Below are positions 1 through 13,544 of a stretch of DNA of 64,000 nt, in pieces; position 1 is the stretch's first letter; each line of letters opens with the position of its first letter. The DNA comes from Phoronis australis (Eukaryota > Animalia > Phoronida), in the NCBI GenBank assembly GCA_002633005.1, contig NMRA01000453.1, forward strand, positions 124,001 through 188,000, written 5' to 3'. A model generated the notes under the pieces. The model had not been told where the DNA came from. It ran no database searches and worked only from the letters and a program-made list of their open reading frames with translations. A program made the translations under genes and the position numbers.

Positions 1-55
1 GCCCCTACACCTCAAAGCCCCTACAGCTCAAGGCCCCTACATCTCAAAGCCCACT
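1..55. repeat. Short tandem repeat, ~16-bp unit (GCCCCTACAnCTCAAA), 3-4 copies, cut by the window edge
   Basis: gcccctacacctcaaa / gcccctacagctcaag / gcccctacatctcaaa / gcccactgactac read directly. Confidence 0.7.
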
Positions 56-1424
56 GACTACAATGCCCGTGATGACTTGAGTTGCCGGCTTATTATGTAA
101 CGAATCAAGATGGGCGATGAGCGTCGCAATGCAACTCGGTTAGAAATTCAACAATGACGGATTAACAGCGGCGACATGCAGTTCTAATGAACAACTAAGT
201 GCTATTTTATAGCAGTATTACGTTCATTTGACGGACAGTAAACATGCAGCATCCGAAACTAGTGCTAGCAAGTTATGACGAAGAAGTACACGATATTTTC
301 ATTGGTACCAGCTAGGAACCAATACGAGATTGGTTCCTAGGTACCAGTCAATCTTACGCAAATGGCATACCACGGTATTTCGTTTTGGTGCATGCCATTC
401 CCACGAACCATAGTTAGACACACGAACATCAACATGATGTACAGTTTACGAACAAAAATTCTTACAATTAGTATAACAGCCAACTCATTCGGACAAACAT
501 TTTGTGAAAAGCAATGTCAGGTCAAATATGGTCCGTACATGAATGATTCGATATCCTACGAGTAGACTACGAGCTTTGTGTACGAGTTTTGCATGATTTT
601 ATATCCATACATTCTACGCCTGCTGAACAATCTGAAATAGCAGCACGAAAGGGTACATTTTGAAACATATCGAAGCTAGTTATCCAAATCTTAAATATTA
701 CCCGAGACTCTTTACCTTCAAGTAACCTTTGCTGAAATAAGTACATAGACACACAGATTTGTTTGCCCAACTGCGCGCGCAGCAGTAGTCTGTTTTCAAT
801 TCGTTTCCTTGTAATGGACTCCGGGAAGACTTCGATTCAATAGACAACATTGTTCCCGAGTTTGTATAGACGCATTGTAGCACGCAATCATGGCAATGCG
901 GAGCGCCTAACAAATGACGCAAGTCATGAAATAATGTGCAATGACCGCCGACGATTTATTGCCCAGAAAGATTCTGTGTTAACCCTGGGCGCTGGGAGTA
1001 CACTGAGCTGTACGGTACATCTCTTGGAGGCCTATATAGGTACACGTCCCCACCCAACAAACTCGTGGACTACCAATATATATGCTGGTGCACTTACCTG
1101 CATAGCTACAGCTTAATCTTCTTATTTGACAACTTGTTTGACCCTCTTTCCTGGATGACCGTATAAGATATTTCAGATCCGCAATATTGCGCGTATCTTC
1201 TCAATATTAAAGATCGACTCGTTTCTGGATCGACTTCTCACATATCTGTGATTGTAGGCCTACTTATATCTAGCTCCCCATTTTCTAAGTGGTCCCTTTT
1301 CTGGTTTTCCTGACCTTCTATATTTAAATGTTTTCGACGCATCCGTTAATTGCGCTTATAGGTCGCCCACCACCGGCTTTAGTTCACGTAACAGCTCAGT
1401 GGACTCCGGCCAACATGACAAACG

Positions 1425-3607
1425 CAGGCCCGTAGCCAGCATTGCGCAGGGAGTGGTTCGAATTTCTAGTACGGTGGACCTTTGATATTTTGCAAATGTC
1501 GAAACTGTAGGCACCTGACGCAGCTTAACTAGGGGGGGGGGGGGGGNAATCTGTATACACAACGACGACTCTCAGCTCTATGTTCCCAAGATCAGACAGA
1601 TATATATCGTAATACCAGAAATGAGGATCATGGCCCTGACGGTTGCTCACAAAGAATGGGACCCAAATCCGGATGGAATGTGGTCCAGAAAGAGAACGCT
1701 CCCGCGTTATCCCCACCCAAACTTTCAAACTGAGCGTGCTTAAACGAATGATATAACGCCTCAATTACATATTCGGACGGAAATGATCGACTTGGAATAG
1801 TTTGATCTGTTGTATTTTGCGTGTTACTTAACTTACATCGCTGGAAATGGGAACAACCCACTGTCCAAAGGTTCACTACTCTGAAGGTTCATTATTCCGA
1901 AGCCAAGGTTTACTAACTCCGAAAAGATTTAAAATTTTGGACTTGTGTATCAGATATACTTTTACCTTAAAAAATAAACTACACTTCGGTTATTAGATGG
2001 ACTAGGTGGTGTACCCATGTATGGTCAACAACGCCCATATGCGTAAACGAAATTGTCCGCATGTCTTACGAATACGGAAAATGAGTTCATACTCAAATGT
2101 TTAAAAGACCATGAAGTAAGAATTGATGAATTATCAACCACGATATATTCATCAAATCCATGTCAAGGTCGCATCATTTCACAGCGTGACTGAGCTAGTT
2201 TAAGGCCGCTGCGCCTCAAACTGGCACCCATTGGAACCACGGGCATGGCCGGGTCGAAACTAAATGTAGATAGTAGACTGTCCCTGCCAGTCTTCATGAA
2301 GTCGGAGAGTCGGCCCATTCAGTCTTCTTAAATTTAAAACCGCCGCTATTTGTCGCTGAATCCCTGACCCGATGTTGTCCCTGCTTGAGACTGAATGAGT
2401 CAGTTAGATTCAAGATTAACTGAGCTCATTTCTAAACAATGTAATCAAAGTTTTAAGAACTATTCAACTGTTGCACACCCTTTGAATAGTTTCTAAATGG
2501 ACACAAATACGATACTTTTTTCATGTCAGTTCCGACTCATTAGCAGACAATCAGAGTTAATGAACTGTCGGAGTTCTGGTTTCGGAATTGTGGACATTCG
2601 GCGAAGTAGTGACCTTTCGAAGGTAGCGCACCTTCGGAGTAACTTCGGAGGAGTGGACTTTCGGAGTAGTCAACCTTCAGAATAGTGACATGTAACCTTG
2701 GAATTTTTTCAATCAAGTTTGTTGCTCGTATGACGCCTGCGAAGCTCTGTGCCTTTGGCACTAACTTTCTTCATTGACCAAAGTTTTTATTAGTTCTAGA
2801 CCTACTTTTCCCTAATAATATGAACATGATCGTCGGGATTTTACTTTGTGCAAAAAATACGGTGGTTCATGGGTGGCGCTGCACTAAAAAAAGTGAGGGG
2901 ATATAGCCCCCAGCTCCCCTGTGGTGCACCGCCCATAGACCAGATGGGTGGCGCAGCTGAAAAAAGTGGGGACTGTAGCCCCCCCAACCCCGCCCATGTA
3001 GTTAAATATCTGGTGAGCAACGACGGGCGACTGCCTATGGTGAACCTAATTATCATCGGTGTGTACTGAATTTAAAAGAATGGAAACAACCTCACACACA
3101 TGCATCTTATCCACCAATCCACAACCAAAGTGGAAATTTGAAAATGTCTGCACTTTACTGTATTCTGCCACTATCAAGATGGCAGATAACAAACCTACCA
3201 TCTGCTATTGTGTTTCTTGGTCGATTTTAAAGCATTCACAAGGGATTACTTTTTGGGAGCTCAGTCTCTCGCTGCTATATAGCCTAGCTAGATATAGACA
3301 TTTACTTCTAGACTCCCTTGTCATCCAATGTTGTAGCCACCACGCGCGTTCAGTGCCCATGAATAAGATAAAGCCTCCTCTAGTCGTCTGCACGATCCTA
3401 TCCGGGCGAAGTTGACCGGCCGATACGGCCCGATGATTACGTGAAGTAAATTCAAAATTATTACTGACTGAAGTTAGTAGTACCACTGAATAGCTGCAAC
3501 AATTTTGTTGTTGTTGTCTATCTATATCCCATCTTTAACGGCCGGATAGGACGGGGATGGACCTTTTCCGCGGGGGGTTTGATCGAACTCCCCTGGCTAC
3601 GGGCCTG
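1425..3607. mobile_element. Non-autonomous hAT-like TIR element (~2.18 kb) with 6-bp TSD
   Basis: 15-bp TIR CAGGCCCGTAGCCAG at 1425 and CTGGCTACGGGCCTG ending at 3607; flanked by CAAACG at 1419-1424 and 3608-3613; no transposase ORF; a diverged second copy lies at ~20195-24426. Confidence 0.8.
2868..2998. mobile_element. Small MITE (CATGGG...CCCATG), nested in the 1425-3607 element
   Basis: TIR catgggtggcgc / cgcccatg; flanks tggtt / tagtt (5-bp TSD, 1 mismatch); the paralogous site at ~23936 has a single tagtt and no insert; same family as 41875-42022. Confidence 0.75.
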
Positions 3608-4336
3608 CAAACGTATAACACACAGACCAGTACAGGTTTTTAAGGCCTTTTCCATTAACGTCTGCGCTTCGGTGTATAGGTAAGCGCTGGTCAATGGGAA
3701 CGCTTAAATTCGGCCTTGCATCGAAGTTAACAGCCCGAGTTCACTTCGCAGTAAACCGGTAAGTCGACGTGCCGCTATAACAGTACCACAGTTCTGTCCC
3801 TTGACAATGGTTAAATCATATTACGCCATCTTGCGATAACTTTGGTGACGATAGCGCCACCTAGTGATAACTTTGACAGCTGTTAGGTGGCACTTGAAAG
3901 TTTTTGCTGATTTTGGGCTTGTCAGTTCCAACACTCTGTTCCACGGGATGTACAAAACCTGAAATTATGAGTATACTGAGCCAAAGACTTCAAAACTCAT
4001 GCACAAAGTCTTTTGAAACTAGTTCCAATGTCATTGTTTCCATCTTTTAAAAACTAGATGCACCAAATCTGTAGTTGTCATCCCAAAGCCACCATTCGTA
4101 TGCAATTACTACGAACTGAGAGACAGCGCATTAAGACTGCGAAAATTCTTTAGATAACAGAAAATGGTTGTCGAACCGCCATAAATCCAAAGTGTCTGTG
4201 GGTACCTGAAATTCCTGCTAAGTTTCCACTTGCAAGAAGTAAAGGTTACGAAAAGCCGCATCTGAGCGAAAAGTGGGTCAAATGCTCAACAACTGACAAT
4301 CTGTCACCCAGAATAGACTCGAAAATCGAGCAAATG

Positions 4337-5653
4337 CAGAGCTCAACGATGTTAAAATCGCCAGGTCGCATTTTGCGTACTAGCCAAAATCCCAGGTCGC
4401 ATTTTCAAAATCCAGCTCGCATTCGTAAATGCCAGGTCGCAAAAATTTCACGCCATTTTTACGCGCCAAAATAGATTTTTTAGATCATCGAGAAAATGTT
4501 TAGATTATGCTCTTACCTGCAGTGTTAAATACTCACAAATTTCGGATCTCAAAATTGACTTCATTCATGCAGGTACGGCCTTACTGTTCTTCACGACCGC
4601 CATTGAAAGACTCTAGAGCGCAAGGAAAGTTGCCGACGTGAAAGTTGAATCAGTGCTCTCTAACTGACTTGTGCATTCGAGTAGCTAAATTTGCGATGTG
4701 AAAAGGGAGAAAATGCCCGTTGAAAAAGTATCCGGGGTTTTGTTAGATCTGGCCTGCCACTGGCTGTCATCAAAGTCGTTAAAGATTCAAACTAACTCGG
4801 GTGATGGCGAGTTTGCTCTTTAATACCTTCCAAGTACGGAAAAAATACGTCAGTCACAAAACGACACGCATGTCACTGGTGTTAACTTTCTTTCCGAGGT
4901 ATAAAACAAAGCCGGGATTTGGTTTTTACATATTATGAAAAGACGTTTTTGAAAACTGAAGTTGTGTAAAATGAAAGTGACACACCATATAAGCTGCGTG
5001 TCAATTTTAAACCTCACGCGGTCGTTTGTAGTGCGCTATGATGGGCGCTAGCTTGAACTGTGGGCGCTTAATTGGAAATTCTCAAAATTTAAGGGGGGAC
5101 TTTTAATAGATCAGTGAGCGCTTATTATGAAACACTTTAAAGGTAGGAAGTAGGCTTGTGCGTGAGCATAGTCGTTAACCTCAGTGTTTGCGGTAATAAG
5201 ATATTAAAACGCTGAATCGATGGAGTAGACCTACACTTTACGTTGGCAACAACGGGTGAAAGACAAATCATATTTCGCGCACGTAGCCCCAGAAACAAGT
5301 AAAGGGTTTGAGAATTTCTTGGCAGCTGAAAGTAAAGACGTGACTGTCGTTTGGCGATTAATAAGGTTATCATTTTCACTTTGGCTGTCTTAATACGATA
5401 AAAAGGAGAAGCACATCTCAGTCTAAGTCACGATTGTCAGCCGGGACCGCTTGCGCGCTATCGGTGCCACAGTGCGATATCAGGGATATTGTCGTGAATA
5501 TTTGGTACATGTAATAAGGACATCTTATGTGAAAAATAAACATTTTTGTCCAGGTCGCATTTTGCGACTTGATGCGAGCTGACAAAAATCTCAACTCGCA
5601 TTTTCAAATTTCAGGTCGCAAATGCGGCCTGCAGCTCGTTAAGTCCAACCCTG
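4337..5653. mobile_element. Non-autonomous hAT-like element (~1.3 kb) with 5-bp TSD
   Basis: Termini CAGAGCT...ACCCTG; AAATG on both sides (4332-4336, 5654-5658); repeated subterminal motif CCAGGTCGCA at both ends (4360-4440, 5550-5620). Confidence 0.65.
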
Positions 5654-5959
5654 AAATGCCATTCGTAGCCATCACAAGTTGCACAAAACCTAAAATGCCC
5701 AGCCAAGCCGACAGCCGCCAATTTTTAATGAAATTGGACAACCAAATTCAACCGTGGCTAAAAAACCTTAAGTGCATAGTTTTTTGGACAAAAAGTACAC
5801 ACGGCCAGAATAAACAATATAGAGTTTTAAACTAAGAGAAATACTTTAACTTAGAATTATTCTCAACTTCGCTGTGCCAACCCTGTAAACATCAGTCTAT
5901 AACACGCTGTGAGAAATTGTTGATCAAGCTTACCTCTCAGGTAACATCCTAGTTAAGCC

Positions 5960-6310
5960 ATACCTCATAAAAACACATTCACATAGAATGTTTTTAACAA
6001 CAGACGCCCAGTTATACCGACATTTTCCATTGCAAGCCAAGGTAAACAATAAATCTTATGGTGCATCATCAGGATTTTGATTCAACATCTAATACATTCA
6101 ACATGATATTTGTAAAGTAACGGTTGGCGGCCACACTCGCTTAGCACGGCAGATATGGGATCAGCTACTTCCAGGGCCATTTTACAAAATTTAGTCTGGA
6201 CACTTTCGCTACGCTTATACTGATCGAATCCCCACACTTCTACACTGTAGTTTAGAGTCGGATATACCATTTTATCAAGCAGGTCAAGTAACATCTTCAA
6301 CAAACATACA
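5960..6310 (-). mobile_element. Decayed non-LTR retrotransposon (LINE) fragment, C-terminal part of the RT ORF
   Basis: Translation LLDKMVYPTLNYSVEVWG...VQTKFCKMAL...AVLSECGRQPL matches the typical post-RT motif of LINE ORF2 (PxLxYxxEVWG...FxKxxL...ExGRxP); truncated, with a stop. Confidence 0.65.
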
Positions 6311-6574
6311 ATATTTCACGACCGTGGTTAATACATGTACACTCATCCCGAGACATCCGCATTGGTATTTGGACTTATATCTCGTTGTCTCGAGAAATGG
6401 CACTGCACTCATCATTAACTAAATCGTCTGTTGTGGCTGTTCGCATCGAAATCTGCACAAAACATGACATCATAATTTGGATTGTGGCACTTGAAGGATT
6501 CGATTGGAATCGTCTAATTGCCACTCGGTTCATTTTCAAAAACGAATCCTATCGTTGGGTCATTGAGAAAACAA

Positions 6575-6817
6575 AAGCAAGGCGGAGCATTGAAATGCGC
6601 CCACGAATGCACTGTAAACGGTGTAACACCTTCTCATTCGAAATGAGCTTTTCTCAAATAAATGAGCTTCAAAAAATGACTTAAACTAAATGTTTTATAA
6701 GGTATTGCCCAGATAATCCCACACTTGTGAATACATGAATTGGTATATCCTAACTAATTAAAGCAAACAACAGCTTACTTTTCAATGCAACATATATAAA
6801 GAAGGTCTGCTACCCAA

Positions 6818-6886
<69 letters not shown>

Positions 6887-7030
6887 GGATAGACCATGTA
6901 ACCGAACGATGTCAGTGGTATATCCTATGTGTTGTGTGCTTCTGTGTGTGTTTATTTTTTGTATAATAAAAATGGCCACTAGCTGGTGCAAAATACTTCG
7001 AATTCCGCATCCAAAAAACGGGAACATGTC
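6575..7030 (-). mobile_element. Diverged fragment of HINE family A
   Basis: gcaaggcggagcattgaaatgcgcccac (3' hairpin plus subTIR variant) at ~6577; aaaatggccactagctggtgc at ~6970. Confidence 0.45.
6819..6885. repeat. Compound microsatellite (CA)n(TA)n
   Basis: Direct reading. Confidence 0.95.
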
Positions 7031-7124
7031 ACTGTTTCTTTAACAGAATGATTTACCACATTTCAAGAAAGTCCGCCAAGGAACTTCAGGGAAACAGAGG
7101 AAAACGGAAAAGAATGAAATTGTC

Positions 7125-7400
7125 ATTGGAACCTAGCCTGCGATCTACCTTTGTGTCGTTTAGAGAATTGGACCCTAGCGCATGTAGTTAATTAAAAAAG
7201 TAAAATCTGGTGTATGGGCATTTGGAAAAAATGTACTTTATTGTTGAGGGTCACAACTAAATAAAATGGACCCTAGCCAGGAGATACTTGGAAAAATGGA
7301 AACTAGGCGTGGGATTACTTCGAAAACTAGACCCCTAGCATAGGGTCATTTGAAAAGTGGATCATAGCGTAATGTCAATTCGATCTATGGATTTAAGGGT
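7125..7400. repeat. Degenerate tandem repeat (~37-40-bp unit, core GAAAAATGGACCCTAG); resumes at ~8250-8490
   Basis: Recurrent ggaacctag / ggaccctag / gaaactag / gacccctag / ggatcatag motifs at roughly regular spacing. Confidence 0.55.
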
Positions 7401-7676
7401 CATTTATGCAGGACATTATCGACAATTGTGTGTATTTAGAAAAATATCTACAAATTACAGATTATAACTCAAAGAAATGTAGTTTTTCTTTAAGTAAAAA
7501 ATTTGCAAAATTTTATTTTTATCTTGATATCTATCTTCCAATAAGTGGGTCATGTGACCATGTCTTTTAAGTAGAATTTAGAAAAAAGTGAAAGGTACAT
7601 CAAAGCAAAACCACGTTATCACCATATGTCATTGACCAAATTTCGTTTGATGTAATTGTTCATATAAAATCTTAAT

Positions 7677-8230
7677 AACAACGCGGAGCGTTGAAATGCG
7701 CCCAAGACTGCACGGTATGCTTCTATGGATGTTTATTATTATCGTAAAAATAGACGGCACAGAATACATTGAACCCATCCGAAACTAGGGGTGTCGAATA
7801 CGTCAGAAAATGAACGTCAAACCGTCTTCACATCAGGAACACATTCCCCATTTTAACAATACACGTGGTTTGGTGGATGGAGAAAGTGACTTTAAAAAGT
7901 TCATAAAGTTTTTTAAATAGCTACCCGCGGGTGGTGCGGAATACACCAAATCCACCCAAAAATGAGAAGACGTTGTCGTCTCCTTAATAGAAATATATAT
8001 GCAAAAGTTCATCAACATAGAAATCCCACTTTCCGTCAAATCTCTCCAAAAACGGGAACTTGTCATCGTCTCTTTCATTAATAGAAACCTATTTATTAAA
8101 TTTTGAAAATCCATCAACGTGCTTCAAAGATACAGAAGGCGAAGGAAAAAATATAATTTCCAGTAGGAGGGGGCACCACTAGTTAGTTCCATCCAAATGT
8201 CGTCGACGTCCGTTGTCAATTGCCTCCGTT
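7677..8230 (-). mobile_element. Diverged copy of HINE family A, lying between the two blocks of the degenerate tandem array
   Basis: caacgcggagcgttgaaatgcgcccaag at 7679 matches the family A 3' end; cgtcgacgtccgttgtc near 8200 is a possible other end. Confidence 0.45.
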
Positions 8231-9394
8231 TCTGTTCTCTGTCCTACATGACCCTAGTATAGTATATTATCATTTAGACATATGGACCCTAATGTAGAAT
8301 TGTTTGGAAACATGGTCCCTGGAGTAGTTATTTAAAAGCAAGTACGTTAGTGTGGGGATACTTAGAAAAACGAACCCTAACGTATGGCTGCTGTGAAAAA
8401 TAATTATACCCTGGGGTAGGGTCACTACGGAGAATGGGCCCTGCGTGACTGTGTCATTTAGAAAAAGAGCCCACAGCGTAAGGTTCATCGCTCAAAACTT
8501 GTTACCACTTGGCCATGCGTATCTACGCCACTGAATGAGAACACAACGCGACAGTTAGCTAACACTGCAGTATATGAAGCTTTCGGTTGTCCTCATGTTA
8601 AACTCTTTCAGCCGACTTGAACACTAATGTTTCATGCATAAGTTGTAACTAAACAAAATACAGATTAGCAAAGTTTAAGAACAATCCTTTCATAATTGCA
8701 AAAAACATGTTTAGTTCAAGCGTTAGTTATATACCGACGATACTTAAAGTAAAAGGACGACAGAGGTCTCCAGTGGAAAGGGCCCAGAATAACAAAGGAC
8801 CCAGCTGATAGTGGTCCCATATACGTTCGGGACTACAATCAAGCTCCGTTAGGCCACCGGACCCCGTCACAAATAAAATACAATATAAAATCATGAGATA
8901 GCATGAAACCAAATCTGCCTGAACGCTATTTCTGTGTTCTTTTAAATATTTCTTTTTGAATAAATATGGAATTGGTCACGTTTGGGCCCAGCAAGTAAAA
9001 ATATTCTCTGTGTATTTAAACAAAGGCTAAAAGACAGTGCGTTGCAAGAATTGGAACGTTGAATTAATTTTTTTGCTGATGGTTTTCAAACAGTCTGCAT
9101 AACGCAATACTTAGAAGCGATAGAATACGTAAATCTTGGAAGATGCATAGTCAACATTAGAGTGACATAACCTTTGCTTGGAAATAGAACTAGGAAGTGG
9201 TCAAATAGAAACATTATTGAGAAACAGATTGAGGCGTCAAAGATTTGATATCATTGTGATTGAGGACGAGTTCTTTACATTCTGATAAACGAGTTAATTT
9301 CCAGATTAAAATTGCACTTTTGCTATCATTTTATAAATGATCAAAACGTCTTTCTATGTGACTTGCTGTTGATACCATGAGCTGGGGGCCTTAA

Positions 9395-11080
9395 AGGAGC
9401 ATGCCACCCAAAAAACAACCTAATTTGTATCAATTTAGATCGAGTAGTTCTACTCCATAACGACACATGCAGTTGCGTTACCTGAAAAATGACGGCAGAC
9501 GGAGGTGTTGAAATTATCCAATTACGTCATCGGTTTCACACGCATTCTGTTCAGTAGTTCACAACACGGGTTACTGGTGTCAGCTTATCGCTTGGAGTCA
9601 TCGTTTAGCACCATTAAATCATCAAACTCCGATGTAAAACCCTTAAAAATACACCGAGTTCTTACAAAAACGTGTTGCTTTATTTCGCTCTTACGGATTT
9701 ATTGGTATTTGGACACACCGTAGCCTACAAAGTTCGACAGGCCAATAAGGTCCGTAGCAGGAGTTTGGGTTGTGTTCGGAGATAATTTCGAAGTATTTTC
9801 CGTGAGATACAGACAGGAGAACCTAGATCTGTGTTGTTTAGACTTGTGATTTTCTGAGTTCTAAACACAAAACGCTTGCTATCCTGGCCAGTGACTCGGA
9901 GCCCGATCAGGCCCGTCGCGGCCGGCCGGATTGACTCGTTATCGGCTGGCCAGTGGCTCGGAGACTGATCAGAAATCACGAACAAACCAGCCAAAGTTCA
10001 GTGGAAACTAAACTTCCAGTCAAGAAAAAAACTATACTAGTGAGCCAAAGTAATGTGCACGTGATTATGTTGGTGAATTAGCCACGAAACTGCAAATCTA
10101 CTTACTCGTCGGGGGCCGCGAATTCAGTTCCGCTTTGGCCACAGCACCGTCAGGGCAGAAGTTATACATTGACAATTATTATTTGAGTAATGTAAATGTA
10201 AATAAAGATTCCCCTAACACCTGGTCGTGGGGTGGACATCGAGTTGTTTCACAACAGTTTCTGCCAGCAAACATTAAATTAGCATGAGCTCACACGGCCT
10301 CGGTGTCCCGTCAATTAGTTTTATTGCACCTAAAGCCGGTAACGCAGTGACTTATTCATTGCTGGCTTCTCAAATTATTTCGTGCACTCACGAACACTCC
10401 AAAGGCATGCATTACAAATTGCATCTAATGAGACAGACTTTGTTTCAGTTTTATATAAGTATAGGTTAGGGTGAGAATAATTCATTTTGAAACAGAACGC
10501 TCAGTAATAAACGCCAACATGGCAACTCGTAATCCCGACTTAGGACGAGCTAGAGCGGCTCATCAATCCCGACTTCACAGGCTGATCGTTAAGTTTTACA
10601 GGCTATCAATTCGAACAGCAGTGATGAAGAAATACTAGAGAGGCGCCGTGAACAAGCTCAGACAACGGAACGTATGGAGTTATTTGGTAAGCCGGCATTC
10701 GTGAGGCACTGTCGACGTCGTCTGCAGGCCACAGACACGGATATGTTTCACGGCCTCATACTTGCTATTTACAGTGTACATTTCCTTCTTCACTACCATG
10801 AGCCACTTCCTAAGCATTTCAGACTCTCGAGGAAGTAAAAGAACCGATATGCTCGCTTTCCTCGCGGCTGCTTAGTTTGGACAAGCGGGAACGATACACC
10901 GCAACATAGCGGCATTCACACTGCATATGAACCATTGACGTCGCTAGCGTCGTTTCTCACCTTCCTCACAGGTTAACGCGACACCTCTTGGCAAGGTAAG
11001 GTCGACCGTATGCGAGGCGATGTGGAAATAGACCGATCAAGACGGCAAAAAAGACTAATTAAATTGGGTGGCATTCGCCT
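9395..11080. mobile_element. Non-autonomous Kolobok-type DNA transposon (~1.69 kb)
   Basis: TTAA at 9391-9394 and 11081-11084; 17-bp imperfect TIR AGGAGCATGCCACCCAA / TTGGGTGGCATTCGCCT; AG...CT termini with TTAA TSD fit Kolobok rather than piggyBac (CC...GG). Confidence 0.8.
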
Positions 11081-12176
11081 TTAAAGTCCAATGAAGTTGT
11101 TGTTAAAGGCAAAATAGATTTACAAATACTACGCACTTCAGTTTTGTTTTGTATTCGCGTCATATAAACAAATTTTTAAACATTTGGCACCATACGAAAC
11201 CTCTCAAAGAAGGAATTGAGCTCTAAGACAAAAGTGAATCCGAGTCCTGGTTTAGACTCAATGTTAAGATTGAACACAAACAGGGTACAGCGCCTCTAAT
11301 GGAGAGGATAACCTCAAGTTCTCCCAACTTTAATCGTCATGGAATACGAAGACCTTCGAAGTCTCGCACTTCAGTTCTGATATGCACTGTTTCCACTCTG
11401 AAGATAACTTCTCAGTACAGGCTTCCTGTTTTCAGAAACTAAATGTAGATTATTGCATGACAATGTTGTTATTTTCCGTAACTAGACCCCTCGTGAAATT
11501 TTAAGGAATTACCACCTTAAGGTTGCCAGCCCACAGGGTGATATTTCTTCTAAATCTCACGCGTTTTCTCAATACCGAAAAAAACTGTCGAATACTGGAA
11601 TAGGTTATTACCTACATGTTCAGGGTTATATTGGGGTTAAATACTTATATATAGTTAAACTCTATAGGTTTGCACACAATGTATATTGGCTGCCGATAAG
11701 GTCTCACATACATGTAACCTTAAGTCAGTATTTGATTATTCCCGGCAATATTATCGACATGATAAAATACCTTTCTAATTCACTTTTGGCAGGTTGAGTG
11801 GCCACGGAACCTTATTGATGTCTTCACAATATGGTGAATATACTGTTGCAACATCGTCGCAATCGTTAAGCGTCCACAATTCGCAACCCTATGGCGACAT
11901 CTCTTACCATTTCTCAAACGATTAATATTATTGCCTTTCCCGCTTGGAGCGCTCACGAGTTTTGGGAGGAAATCACATTTCTTTTAAACATAAAGGCAGC
12001 GTTTACTACGGTAACTGGAGCTTTTTGGAAACCCAATTTTGTTCATTTTAACAATAGCACCTGTTGTTAACACAAATATTTTGTCTTATTGACATCTAGT
12101 TTTCTCTGAACGTAAACAACAGTAAATGAAACAATTCAAGAATCCCAAACGATATTCCATGTAAGTAACCATAATC

Positions 12177-12582
12177 AGGCGAAATCTAATCTTTGTACTC
12201 GAAATCGGAACTTAAAATTTTTTAGTATTTGTTCTCCTTTTGTGCGAACTAAAGATAAATGTTTATTATGGTGCTTGAGCACATTATGATTTGTTCGTGA
12301 GTTTCTAGTTCAAGTTTGTACTTGGTGACATCTGTGATTAAAATTGGAGTAAAAACTCGAGATTTAGAGTAAAAACTCGAGATTTCGAGGAAAAAATCGA
12401 AATTTCGAGTTCAGACTCGACGTTTTATACTTAATGCGGGGTCATCAAATGCAAACTAGAAACTTAGCAAAGTAAGTCATTGTGTCCCTGAGCATAGAAT
12501 AGAGTTTGCATCACAATACACTAGAAAATACCAGAAATAACCTCGAGTTCGATTTCAAGTAAAAAAACTAGACTTCGGGCCC
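12177..12582. mobile_element. Diverged palindromic PIF/Harbinger-like MITE (family of 56814-57214)
   Basis: tctaatctttgtactcgaaa, gtgcgaact and aaaactcga motifs shared with 56814-57214; foldback structure. Confidence 0.65.
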
Positions 12583-13389
12583 TCTGTTGTTGAAAACATG
12601 AACCTTTTTCACAGGTATCTCCAAAACAACGTCATAGCGTCCTTGTCCTTTATTTGAATCAAACTTGTAATAGAATCGCTTGGAATCCCTCTGACGACTA
12701 CACTGCGTTAGTCAATGAAATCAACCTGCCATAACAAGTAACCTAATGGACGTGGCCTGAAGCACTAAAGGACCCGTTGGTCCTTCTCAAGTCTAGTGCT
12801 TTAGTCATTTCTAACCTGGATGAAGAACAAGACTACACTCTTTCACATACATGTAACTACGAATACAGGTGGCGCTGTCTCAGAGTGTAGAACAAGACGA
12901 GACAAATTTTTATAACAGGGAGTGGCCTAAATAAAAGTTCATTTTTGAAACAAAACGCAGGTTTACTACCCCTTAGATGAAAAGAATAAAAAGAAACGGT
13001 GGTTAGCAGGCCAGTAAGAAGATAAACATTATGGGAAGGGCTGACCAGAAAACGGTGTACCTGTGTTTTAATAATATTTCAGGAGAAATGGTCCCTTTTT
13101 AGATTTGAGCGCGTTGCGGATTGATGAATTTGACCGTCAAAAGAGATTTTTTTTGAAATTCACATTATTAGAGTGCCAGAAAGATGTACTGCTAAAACCA
13201 CTCTACTGTGGGAGTAGAAATAATGCAAGACACTCCTACCGCCGGCTACGAATTCACGGAGAGAAATAGCATTTCCTTGGAATTCAGTAGACGGAACATC
13301 GACACGGAAACTTTGGTTACAGTTTCGTCTATTTCGGAGAGTGAAAATGAAACTCGGGTCACGATTCACTTTCTTAAGTTCAGTTGTAT

Positions 13390-13540
13390 GCGCGCACATG
13401 CACACGCGCTCGCGCACAAGCACACGCATGCACACACGCACACGCCTGCACACACGCACACACACCTGCACGCGCATACACACATTTATACATATGTATC
13501 CACACACGCACACGCACACTCACATGCACACAGACATATA
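13390..13540. repeat. Imperfect (CA)/(CACG) microsatellite
   Basis: Direct reading; it explains the His/Thr-rich spurious ORFs. Confidence 0.9.
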
Positions 13541-13544
13541 CGAG

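Noticed and set aside
7125-8490. Regularly spaced short motifs resembling a CRISPR array
   Set aside because: Units are degenerate along their whole length with no constant repeat/unique spacer structure; no cas genes; eukaryotic context.
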